A stretch of 64,000 nt of DNA. It comes from Elusimicrobiota bacterium (GTDB lineage Bacteria > Elusimicrobiota > Elusimicrobia > UBA1565 > UBA9628). The translations under genes and the position numbers were made by a program. The notes beneath the pieces are model-generated. The model was given only the letters and a program-made list of their open reading frames with translations. It had not been told where the DNA came from and searched no databases. Of this stretch, positions 17,296 to 25,688 are shown one piece after another. The first letter of the stretch is position 1. Every line of letters begins with the position of its first letter. Where the stretch lies: NCBI GenBank assembly GCA_003151975.1, contig PLZD01000010.1, positions 201,261 to 265,260 on the forward strand, given 5' to 3'.

Positions 17296-17949
17296 TCAGC
17301 GGCTCGTCGTCACACCGCGCCGCGCGCAAAACTTCGCGAGCTTGCAGCGGCTGCACCAGGGCGAGACCGGCGCGCAGAGGTTTTGGCCGTAAGGGACGAG
17401 CAGGTCGTTGTAGATGATCCAGTATTTTTTTGGAAGCTTTTTTCTGAGGACGGTCTCCGTCTCATCGGGCGTCTTCGTACGAACGAATCCCCAGCGGTTT
17501 GAGATGCGGTGCACGTGGATGTCGACGCAGATGCCGGGCTTGCGGAAGCCCAGAGTCACCACGAGGTTGGCCGTCTTGCGGCCGACGCCCTGGAGCGTCA
17601 GCAGTTCGTCTATGGAATCCGGAACGCGGCCGCCGTAGCGCTCGAGCAGGTCTTTGGCGATGGACTTGAGCGAGCGGGCTTTGACCCGGTAGAAGCAGAC
17701 CGGATAGATCGCTTTCTCAATCGCCCTCAAATCGAGCTTGAGCAGAGCCTTTGGGTTTCGCGCTAGTTTGAATAGCCGCGCGGAGGCCTCGGCCGTGACC
17801 TTGTCCTTCGTGCGCAGGCTTAAGACCGTCGACACGAGGATCAGAAACGGATCGCGCTGCCGCGCCACGACGCCGACGACGGGCTCCTGCCAGCGTTTGA
17901 TCTCGCGCTTAAGGATGGCGACGGCTGCGTGGATCTGCGCGTCTTTCAC
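17296..17949 (-). CDS. nth: Endonuclease III
   Basis: LQGVGRKTANLV HhH motif, VDIHVHRI, and 4Fe-4S motif C-x6-C-x2-C-x5-C; GTG start overlaps the upstream TGA. Confidence 0.93.
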   Translation of the reverse strand: MKDAQIHAAVAILKREIKRWQEPVVGVVARQRDPFLILVSTVLSLRTKDKVTAEASARLFKLARNPKALLKLDLRAIEKAIYPVCFYRVKARSLKSIAKDLLERYGGRVPDSIDELLTLQGVGRKTANLVVTLGFRKPGICVDIHVHRISNRWGFVRTKTPDETETVLRKKLPKKYWIIYNDLLVPYGQNLCAPVSPWCSRCKLAKFCARRGVTTSR

Positions 17950-18563
17950 GCGGGTTTGCGGCGTTTCCAAAAGAAAAATGCGCCGACGCCGATGAGCACG
18001 GCGGCGCCCGCGGCCCAACGGCCCCAATGGCCGCCGCTCGAGGGCTGGTCGTAGCCGCCTTTGGTCAGCCAGCCGAGGTAGCCGAGCATCATGTAGCGCA
18101 GCACCGAGCCGAGGAAGCTCCACAGCACGAAGGAGACCGCGTTCATGCGCATGATGCCGGCCGCCGCCGAGACGACCGAGATCGGGAACAGCGGCAGCGC
18201 GCGCGTTCCCAGCACCGCGACCTCGACTTGGCCCTCGAGCTTGGAATTGATCTTGATCACGCTGTCCCAAGTCACGCCGAAATATTTTCCGTAGCGGTCG
18301 ATGGCCTTCTTGCCGCCCCAGTAGCAAAGAAAGAAAAGTCCCAGCGCGCCGATCGCCGTGCCCGCGGCGCCCGGAATGGCGACGCGCGCGAGCATCGGCA
18401 GAAACGCCGCCTTCCACGGCATATCCTGCGGGATCAGGAAGGCGCCGGCCATCATGACGAAGGGCGGCGTCGGGATCGGCACGAGGATCGCCTCGATTAT
18501 GCAGGCGGCAAAGACGGCGCCCGTGCCGTAATGCTGCAGCCAGGCCACGCTCGGTCCGCTCAT
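17946..18563 (-). CDS. DedA/YqaA (VTT domain) membrane protein
   Basis: IIEAILVPIP, YWGGK and RALPLFP...SAAAG motifs. Confidence 0.85.
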   Translation of the reverse strand: MSGPSVAWLQHYGTGAVFAACIIEAILVPIPTPPFVMMAGAFLIPQDMPWKAAFLPMLARVAIPGAAGTAIGALGLFFLCYWGGKKAIDRYGKYFGVTWDSVIKINSKLEGQVEVAVLGTRALPLFPISVVSAAAGIMRMNAVSFVLWSFLGSVLRYMMLGYLGWLTKGGYDQPSSGGHWGRWAAGAAVLIGVGAFFFWKRRKPA

Positions 18564-19609
18564 GGCGCCGCTTGCAGAACGCGGATGCGCGCTGATTCTG
18601 CGCGCGCGGAGATCGCGGCGAGCTGCTCGCGCTGGTGGTCGTAGCGCGACATCAGCAGAAATCCATAGACCGGCACCCACGCGCGCGCTTCCTCGCGCAG
18701 GTACATCGCGTCAGACAATCGCGAGAGCCGCGCGATGAGGGCGGTCAGCGCGTCCGCCCGGGCCTTGATATTGGGGATCGGCTTTCGTGAAAGAACGCGC
18801 GAATCGATGTCGGCCTCGATGGCGAGATGATCGGAGTACGCCAGCTGCGTGCCGGGGATGAGGCCCGCAAACGCGGTCTTCGCCGAGGCGAAGCGCCCGG
18901 GTCCGCGCGCGGCGAGCACGTGATCGATGCGCGCCTGGTCCTCCGCGTTGGTGATCCCGCAGGCGTCCTTGCCGTGGTCAAGGCAGGCGTCGTCGAGGCC
19001 GAGCAGATCGACGAGGAATTTGTAGCCGGGATCACCCGGCGCCGTGTTGAGATCGCCGAGGATGACGAAGGGCCGGCCGGCGGAATTCTCGAGCACCATT
19101 TCGGCGAGCTCGAAGAGCTGGGTCCAGCGCAAGGTCGTGAAGCTCGCGTCGGGATAGGCGGCGACGGGATGCGCGGTGTAGACGTCGAGCGGGCCCTTGG
19201 GCGTTTCGACGCGGACCATCAGCGCGCCTTTGTTGGCCATCGGCTCGCCCGTCATCCAGCGCAGCGCCGACGGGCGGCAGGTGAACTCGCGCTGAGCCGT
19301 CGCTATGATCGGATAGCGCGACATGACGACCAGGCCCGTTCCGATGCCCCAGCGCGTCGCGTAGCGCCGGGAGTAAGGCAGGCCCGAGGCGGAGATCATT
19401 TTCTGGGCATCCTCGTCGCTCCACGCTTCTTGGACCGCGATGAGGTCGTAGCCGCCTTCTTTAAGCTTGGCTCCGATCGCGTCGCGCTTGGCGGGCCAGT
19501 CCGGCGTCACGACGGGAATTCCGTTGACGTTGTAGGTCAGCGCTTTCAACAGATGCGCGGCTTTCGCGGGCTGAGCGCAGAGGAGGACTAAGATGAGAAA
19601 GCGCGTCAC
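18560..19609 (-). CDS. Secreted endonuclease/exonuclease/phosphatase (neutral sphingomyelinase-like)
   Basis: LTYNV, AVQEAW, GDLN, RIDHV and YSDH motifs; signal peptide from GTG 19609. Confidence 0.85.
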   Translation of the reverse strand: MTRFLILVLLCAQPAKAAHLLKALTYNVNGIPVVTPDWPAKRDAIGAKLKEGGYDLIAVQEAWSDEDAQKMISASGLPYSRRYATRWGIGTGLVVMSRYPIIATAQREFTCRPSALRWMTGEPMANKGALMVRVETPKGPLDVYTAHPVAAYPDASFTTLRWTQLFELAEMVLENSAGRPFVILGDLNTAPGDPGYKFLVDLLGLDDACLDHGKDACGITNAEDQARIDHVLAARGPGRFASAKTAFAGLIPGTQLAYSDHLAIEADIDSRVLSRKPIPNIKARADALTALIARLSRLSDAMYLREEARAWVPVYGFLLMSRYDHQREQLAAISARAESARIRVLQAAP

Positions 19610-20142
19610 GGTTTCCAGTCGACGCGGCGCAGGCGCTCGATGATGAAATAGCTGACGGGCACGCGCGGACCCAGCGCGAGGTACGCCTTGCCGAGCAGTA
19701 TGTCGGGATTTTTCTCGTCGGGCTGGACGAGGTAATCGCGCAAGACGCGCTCGGGCTGCCAGGCCGCGTTGCGGGGGCTTGCGCCGTAGTCGAGCAGCAG
19801 GGCGCCGGGATAAAAATTGTCGGCCGAGTCCGCGCGTACCGGCGCGACGGTATAAAAACCGAAGCGCTTGGGCGCCTCGGGCGAGGGCTTCTGTATCCAT
19901 TCGCCGTCGAGCCCGGTTTGCTTGGGCGGAATGTTGTAGCCTTCCACCATAACGTCTGATTTAAAAAATCCCTTGATGAACTGCCGGATGCCGACGGCCG
20001 AGCAGTACCACGGCGTGTTCCAGCCGCGCCATTCCCAGCCATGTAATGAATCCAAAGCAGGGGCTTGTGACCCGCGCAGGATTTTCTCGAGCTCCGACTG
20101 CGAGAGTCCGGCCAGCGCCTTGAAGCGAGGGCTCGCGGGCAT
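19606..20142 (-). CDS. Hypothetical protein associated with GMC oxidoreductase
   Basis: Translationally coupled in the operon; aromatic-rich beta-barrel-like pattern. Confidence 0.7.
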   Translation of the reverse strand: MPASPRFKALAGLSQSELEKILRGSQAPALDSLHGWEWRGWNTPWYCSAVGIRQFIKGFFKSDVMVEGYNIPPKQTGLDGEWIQKPSPEAPKRFGFYTVAPVRADSADNFYPGALLLDYGASPRNAAWQPERVLRDYLVQPDEKNPDILLGKAYLALGPRVPVSYFIIERLRRVDWKP

Positions 20143-21638
20143 CAGAGCCTGGCCTCCGAGATGCGGCGCGCGGCGAGCATCGCGATACCCATGATCGTGT
20201 GCTGAGGGTTGACGCCGGTGTTCGTCGGAAAAATCGACGAGTCGACGACGAAGAGATTCTTCGAGCCATGCACGGCGAAATCGGGGCCGACGACGCCATC
20301 AGACCGGCGCAGCGACATGCGCGCCGTGCCAAAAAGATGCGACAGGATCATCGAGTAGGAGCGCGAGTCGGCGGGGGCCGTCTCGAGCATCCATTCTTGC
20401 CCGGGCAGAATCTTCTCCGGTAATCCGTGGATGCCCGGCCAGACTTCCTTGGCGCCGGCCGCAAAAAACAGCTCGGCCGTGAAGCGCAGGCCGCGGCGCA
20501 GCTGGACGAGGTCGCGCGGCGTGAGGCTGAATTGGATGTCCGTGCCGAAGAAGCGCTCGCGCACCGAGCCGTGCGCCCAGGCGCGCATCTGCACCGCCCA
20601 GATGGCGGCATTGGGCGTCTCGAGCATCGCGCGCATCCAGCGCCGGCCAGCGCCCGGCAAACGCGCGAAGACGATCTCGGGCTGAAGCGCGATGGTCTCG
20701 ATCTTGAAGCGTCCGTCCTGGCGATGATGGTCGGCGTCGTAGCCTTGCGTCGCGCCGCGCCACATGACGACTTTGTTCGGAAAAATTCCGGTCATGGCGC
20801 AGCCGGGATGCGCTTGGAAGTGCTCGCCCAAGTGCGGCGAGTCCACGCCGCTGCGCGCCAGCAGGCCCGGCGTCTGGATGGCGGAGGCCGCGACGATGAC
20901 GGCCTTGCGCGCGCGCGCGCGAAAACGCGGCCGGCCGGGCGATTCGAAAGCGCCGGCCACTCCGACGGCGCGGTCGCCTTCCCAAAGGATCTCGCGCGCC
21001 TTGGCGCTCGTGATGAGCGTCGCGCCTTTTTTCTCGGCGTAAGGAAGATAGGTGACCAGCATGCTCTGCTTGGCGGAAGTCGGACAGCCGGTCAGGCAGC
21101 GCGCGCTGGCTTGGCAATCCTTGACGTTGCGGCGGATCGCCTCGGCCGAGACGCCGAGCTTTTTCTTGGCGACGTCCATGAGCCGGTTGAATTCTCCCCA
21201 TACCGCCGGGGGAGTGCGGGCGACGGAGAGCTCGCGCTCGATGAGGTCCCAATTCTTGTGCAGTTCCGCCAGCGGCAGCGCGTCGCCAAGCCCGTGCTCG
21301 TCGCGCCAGGGCTGCCACACGTCGTCGGGCAGCCGCCAGACGATCGCCGAGTTGATGACCGTCGAGCCGCCGAGACAGCGTCCTTGGATCACTGGGATGA
21401 AAGCCCGGCCGCGGGCGACTTGCGAGCCTTGGTCGCGGAACATCCTCTTGAAAGTGGGAAAAATCTCGTTGCGAAATTCCTTCGGATCGATCGCGGGTCC
21501 TTCTTCTATCACCGCGACCGAGCGCCCTGTGTCGGAGAGCATCCGCGCCGCCGTAGCACCCGCGGCGCCCGAGCCGACGATGACGTAGTCGAAAGCTTCG
21601 TCCTTGAAAGCGCCCGGCTTGGAGCCGTCGATTCTCAC
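20142..21638 (-). CDS. GMC-family FAD oxidoreductase (long-chain alcohol/cholesterol oxidase-like)
   Basis: VGSGAAG, GRCLGGSTVINS, C..SARC..GCP, HLFGTARM and GVNPQHTI motifs. Confidence 0.92.
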   Translation of the reverse strand: MRIDGSKPGAFKDEAFDYVIVGSGAAGATAARMLSDTGRSVAVIEEGPAIDPKEFRNEIFPTFKRMFRDQGSQVARGRAFIPVIQGRCLGGSTVINSAIVWRLPDDVWQPWRDEHGLGDALPLAELHKNWDLIERELSVARTPPAVWGEFNRLMDVAKKKLGVSAEAIRRNVKDCQASARCLTGCPTSAKQSMLVTYLPYAEKKGATLITSAKAREILWEGDRAVGVAGAFESPGRPRFRARARKAVIVAASAIQTPGLLARSGVDSPHLGEHFQAHPGCAMTGIFPNKVVMWRGATQGYDADHHRQDGRFKIETIALQPEIVFARLPGAGRRWMRAMLETPNAAIWAVQMRAWAHGSVRERFFGTDIQFSLTPRDLVQLRRGLRFTAELFFAAGAKEVWPGIHGLPEKILPGQEWMLETAPADSRSYSMILSHLFGTARMSLRRSDGVVGPDFAVHGSKNLFVVDSSIFPTNTGVNPQHTIMGIAMLAARRISEARL

Positions 21639-22003
21639 GGGGTCATTCCCAGCGTCCGGCGTACCTGCGGGTGCGCGCCGTAATGAAACGAGCACACGGC
21701 TTTGAGCAGGAGCAGAAGTTGGCGAACGAGGTAAAAGCGCGACTTGCCCATGGCCTCCAGCGCGCGCTCGCGCTCCTCGCGCGGCAGGCGCGAGAGCGGC
21801 GGCAGGCGGCAGATCAGCATCGGCGAGAGCCAGGCTGACGCCCAGAGCGCCGCCTTGAAGCTCAGCCGCATCGGCAGCAGAGCGGAGCGCTCGAAGTCCG
21901 CGTAAAATTCGTCGAAGCCCGACTCAAAAGCGCCGGGAAGCCCGGGGTCAACGCCCGCGGGAAGCAAAGCGTCGATGACGGCGCGCTGGCGCGGGTTCAG
22001 CAC
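21635..22003 (-). CDS. Gluconate 2-dehydrogenase subunit 3-like small partner of the GMC enzyme
   Basis: Position and helical pattern typical of GMC-associated small subunits; GTG start at 22003. Confidence 0.6.
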   Translation of the reverse strand: MLNPRQRAVIDALLPAGVDPGLPGAFESGFDEFYADFERSALLPMRLSFKAALWASAWLSPMLICRLPPLSRLPREERERALEAMGKSRFYLVRQLLLLLKAVCSFHYGAHPQVRRTLGMTP

Positions 22004-22347
22004 TCCGGGACTGCGCTCCCGCGGCGCGCGAACACGAGCATCGCCCCGACCGTGGCCACGTCGAAGAGCGAAACGGCCAGAAACGCCGGGTAGCGCGTCT
22101 TCGCGAAGATCGCCAAAAACCCGAGCGACGAGTAAGCTTTGAGAAATGCGATCGGCAGCAGCGCCGGCAAGAATCTCGGCAGGTCCCAAAGCAGGAGCGC
22201 GCAGGTGAAGGCCAAAGTCAGCGCGTTGCCCGTCGCGAATTGCGAGATCCCGCGCGCCGGGGCCCAGAAGTAGACCAGCGCCGGGAAAATGAAATTGGCC
22301 GCCATGAGGGCGTAGGCGACCCTGAAATGCTTGAGTTCGCGCGGCAC
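21997..22347 (-). CDS. Small 4-TM hypothetical membrane protein
   Basis: Hydrophobic helices; TAGAAT 6 nt upstream of GTG. Confidence 0.7.
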   Translation of the reverse strand: MPRELKHFRVAYALMAANFIFPALVYFWAPARGISQFATGNALTLAFTCALLLWDLPRFLPALLPIAFLKAYSSLGFLAIFAKTRYPAFLAVSLFDVATVGAMLVFARRGSAVPEC

Positions 22348-22409
22348 GCGCCTATTCTAAGATATTTCCGTCTGAAAAATGGTAGCTTGGGCTCATCCTG
22401 GAGGAAACC

Positions 22410-23426
22410 ATGAAGCGCCTCATGAAATCGACCTGGACCCTTCTGACGCTCGGACTTTTGCTCATCGCCGTCGACCTCAGCATGCGCGCCGGGGGGGCCT
22501 CGGCCGCCGAGAACGATGCCGCCAAGACCGGCGAATCGGACTTCAAGGAGCTCACTGAGCGCGTGCGCGGCTTGTTCAAGAGCGCCTCTGAAAAGCGCAT
22601 CGAGGCGCACCAGGAAAACGAGCGCGTCAAGAAGGACCTGCGCTACATCTCCGAGGAGCTCGACCGCGAGACCCTGGGCGACGAGGAGAACAAGCCGCTC
22701 TCGGAATACTCCGCCGGGGCTTTGGCGCGGCTGTCAGCCTTGCGCAAGACCGGCAACATCGATCCCAAGCTCGCCAAGGTCATGGACCAGCTCGAGAAAA
22801 TTTACCGCGAACTGCCCCAGAAGACCTGGGCCAAGGATTTCGCCGGCGACCTGGTGCGTTCCGTCAACGACGAACTGCGCTGGGACGCCGACAATACTCA
22901 GACGGCCGACGAGGCGATCGCGCTTCTCAAGGCCAACCTCGACTTGCCCAAGGCGCTGCCCGGCGACGCCGACGTCGAGGACATGGCGTTTCTGCCGGTC
23001 GATGTTCCTTTGGAGAAGTGGAAGAAGCTCGGGCCGATCCGCGTCTTCTTGTCGAAGCACCGCTTGAAGCGTCCGAAGAATTACGCGCAGACGACCGCGC
23101 TGGACCTCATCGGCGGCAAGCACAACGTCGGCGTGGGCGTCGTGCTCGAGGGCAAGGTGGATTCCGCCCAGTTGTTCTTCTGGGACCAGGACTACTGCTT
23201 CAACATCGGCAACCTGCACCTCGAGATCACGCCCGAGTGGCGCTTGCTGCATCCGAAGCTGAAGATGCCCAAGGCCGGCGACCGCATCCGCTTGAAGGGC
23301 TGGACTTACTTCGACTACTTCCACGGCAGCGAGATCGAGTACGATCCCGCCGATCCCGTCGTGGGCATCAACCGCGTGACGGTGTGGGAAGTCCACCCCG
23401 TGCAAGACATAGAGTACCTGCCTTAG
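22410..23426 (+). CDS. Exported hypothetical protein with C-terminal OB-fold-like domain
   Basis: GGAGG RBS and signal/TM; LEITP...PKAGDRIRLKGW..FD..H...WEVHPV motif. Confidence 0.75.
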   Translation: MKRLMKSTWTLLTLGLLLIAVDLSMRAGGASAAENDAAKTGESDFKELTERVRGLFKSASEKRIEAHQENERVKKDLRYISEELDRETLGDEENKPLSEYSAGALARLSALRKTGNIDPKLAKVMDQLEKIYRELPQKTWAKDFAGDLVRSVNDELRWDADNTQTADEAIALLKANLDLPKALPGDADVEDMAFLPVDVPLEKWKKLGPIRVFLSKHRLKRPKNYAQTTALDLIGGKHNVGVGVVLEGKVDSAQLFFWDQDYCFNIGNLHLEITPEWRLLHPKLKMPKAGDRIRLKGWTYFDYFHGSEIEYDPADPVVGINRVTVWEVHPVQDIEYLP

Positions 23427-23430
23427 CGTC

Positions 23431-24504
23431 TCACGCCGGGACGATCTTGCCGAGGATGCGCGGGCCCTGGCTTCCGGTGGCGCGGGGGGAATTGTTGGTG
23501 CGGCCCTCGATCGCACGCCAGCCCAGCCACGCGAAGCACGCCGCCTCCTTGGCCATGACCGGCAGGCCGTAAGCCGCCGTCGTCACGACGCGCGCGGGCT
23601 TGACCGCGTTGGCGAGCTGGCGCATGAGCACCGGGTTCAACGCGCCGCCGCCGCTGACGACGACTTCCTTGACGGGCTCCTTGATCGAGTGCGCGATCGA
23701 GCGCGCCGTAAATAACGCGAGCGTCGCGAGGACATCGGGCAGGCGCTGCGTCGTGACGCGGCCGAAGTTCTTCTTTAAAAACGCCTCGCCGAAGAAAGTC
23801 CGTTCGAGCGATTTCGGCGCTTTGCGCGAGAAATAGGGATGCTCGAGCATGCGCTCGACTTTTTTGAGATCGGCCCAGCCGCGCGCGGCCAACGCACCGT
23901 TCTCGTCCATATGTCGGCGGCCCTTGGTCGCCAAGCGCACGGCCAGGTCCATGAGCCCGTTGCCGGGACCCGTGTCGAACGCGGTTTTTATTTTACCGCC
24001 GTGGATGATCGAGACGTTGGCAATGCCGCCGATATTGAGAATCGCGCGCGCGGGACCCGAGCCGAACAGAAATTCGTCGAAGGCGGGAACGAGCGGCGCG
24101 CCCTGGCCGCCGGCCGCCATGTCGCGCGGCCGAAAATCCGCGACAACGGCAACGCCCGTGCGCTCGGCGATGACGCTGGGCTCGCCGAGCTGGAGCGTGT
24201 TCGCGGGAACTTCGTCGGGGCCGTGCCAGATCGTCTGGCCGTGCGAGCCGATAACAAACGGCCTCGTTCCTTTGGAAATTTTGAGCGCGGCTTGCGCAAA
24301 GGCTTCGCCGAGTTCGAAGTTGAGCCGCGAAAGTTCGCCGGCTTTGAGTTTCGTCGCGCCGAGCACGCGCTTTCGGAGCGCGGACGAGTACGGGTAAGTG
24401 CGAAAGCGCAGGACCTTGAGCTTGCGGCCATCGAACCGGACGAGCGCCGCCGTGATTCCGTCGGCCGAAGTGCCCGACATGAGCCCGACCGCGAGAGTCT
24501 TCAC
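23431..24504 (-). CDS. anmK: Anhydro-N-acetylmuramic acid kinase
   Basis: GLMSGTSADG, GSHGQTIWH, GGQGAPLVP, NIGGIAN and FDTGPGN motifs. Confidence 0.95.
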   Translation of the reverse strand: MKTLAVGLMSGTSADGITAALVRFDGRKLKVLRFRTYPYSSALRKRVLGATKLKAGELSRLNFELGEAFAQAALKISKGTRPFVIGSHGQTIWHGPDEVPANTLQLGEPSVIAERTGVAVVADFRPRDMAAGGQGAPLVPAFDEFLFGSGPARAILNIGGIANVSIIHGGKIKTAFDTGPGNGLMDLAVRLATKGRRHMDENGALAARGWADLKKVERMLEHPYFSRKAPKSLERTFFGEAFLKKNFGRVTTQRLPDVLATLALFTARSIAHSIKEPVKEVVVSGGGALNPVLMRQLANAVKPARVVTTAAYGLPVMAKEAACFAWLGWRAIEGRTNNSPRATGSQGPRILGKIVPA

Positions 24505-24558
24505 CGGCAAAGAGTATACCCTTGGCCGCGAAGTGTCAAGGAGTGGTAGAATCGACCC

Positions 24559-24867
24559 ATGGAAGAGGAGCCGCCTCCGCTCGTGGAGCCGACGCCGCCG
24601 TTGCTGCGCTGGGCCGCGCACGTTCTCTATTTGCCGCTGATCGGCGGGCTCGGCTACATGGTCCTGCTCGGCTTGCTGGTTCTAGCGCACGGCAAGCCCG
24701 CGGGATCCTTCGCCCTCATGTACGGCGTCATGCTGTTCTTCATCGGCCGGCGTTACGCGCGCATCTACAACGGCGAGCTCGCCGGCAAGCAGTTGTGGAA
24801 GGATGTGGCGGCGCTCGCTGTGATCGACTTTATGCTGGCCGTACTTTGGATCGAGCGCGTTTCCTGA
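24559..24867 (+). CDS. Small 3-TM hypothetical membrane protein
   Basis: Hydrophobic helices; TGgTAGAAT 6 nt upstream of ATG. Confidence 0.7.
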   Translation: MEEEPPPLVEPTPPLLRWAAHVLYLPLIGGLGYMVLLGLLVLAHGKPAGSFALMYGVMLFFIGRRYARIYNGELAGKQLWKDVAALAVIDFMLAVLWIERVS

Positions 24868-24871
24868 ACCC

Positions 24872-25099
24872 TCAGTTGAAAAGGATTCCGATGACACAGG
24901 CGATAACGCCGGTGAGCATCAAGAAGATTCCCCCGGTAGAAAGCAATCCTCTTGGGCCCAGTCCGAAATCGTGAAAGCCTTTTCCATTTGATCGGTCCCG
25001 GAATTTGTTAAAGAGCCAGCCGCCGAGCGTCGTCATAATGACGCCTGCTCCTGCGAAAATCAGCGTCAACATCCAGTCTCTGTGATGCTCGTTATACAT
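24872..25099 (-). CDS. Small 2-TM membrane protein (possible immunity-like)
   Basis: Two Gly-rich TM helices; lower GC than neighbours. Confidence 0.55.
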   Translation of the reverse strand: MYNEHHRDWMLTLIFAGAGVIMTTLGGWLFNKFRDRSNGKGFHDFGLGPRGLLSTGGIFLMLTGVIACVIGILFN

Positions 25100-25190
25100 G
25101 ACGGACCTGAAAGCTCGACTTCAATCTACGGATTCCGACAGTCGGAATAAGTATGCATCAACGAACATCCCGGAGACTTAGTTGTAGCGG

Positions 25191-25664
25191 CTAACGCAGA
25201 AAAAAGGGCAACCAGAATGCCATGCCGCAGACAATCACGCCGCAGATGAGCAAGGCGTAGCCCGCCAGACCCACGATCGCGTCGAAGGTCCCGCCGAGGC
25301 CTTCGTCAATGGCCGTTCTCGGTTTGTGCTCAATTTTTTTGACTATGCGCCAGCCGCCCACGGCGGCCGCGGCACCGGCGATGACGAGGCCCACCGAACC
25401 CAAAATTCCGAGATGGGGTTTCGAACTTACCCCGGTCCACAATGCAGGTTCGCGCCGAGCCCATGAAAGAACCGTTAGGCCAAATCCAATGCAGACCGGC
25501 CCCAAGAAAATGAGGAAGCCGCCGAGCCGCTGGCCAAGCGTGCGCTCGTCATTCGCACCATCGAGATTTCTTTTCTTAAGCCGGACGCCCACCGCGAGCA
25601 GCATGACCCCGCCGCAGATGAGAAGCGCGGCGACCAGTGTTGACGAGCCGTTATTTTGATCCAT
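25191..25664 (-). CDS. 4-TM membrane protein built from a duplicated 2-TM unit (possible immunity-like)
   Basis: TM-basic loop-TM unit present twice; lower GC. Confidence 0.65.
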   Translation of the reverse strand: MDQNNGSSTLVAALLICGGVMLLAVGVRLKKRNLDGANDERTLGQRLGGFLIFLGPVCIGFGLTVLSWARREPALWTGVSSKPHLGILGSVGLVIAGAAAAVGGWRIVKKIEHKPRTAIDEGLGGTFDAIVGLAGYALLICGVIVCGMAFWLPFFLR

Positions 25665-25688
25665 GCGAGGGCTGAAAGATGATAAGAA

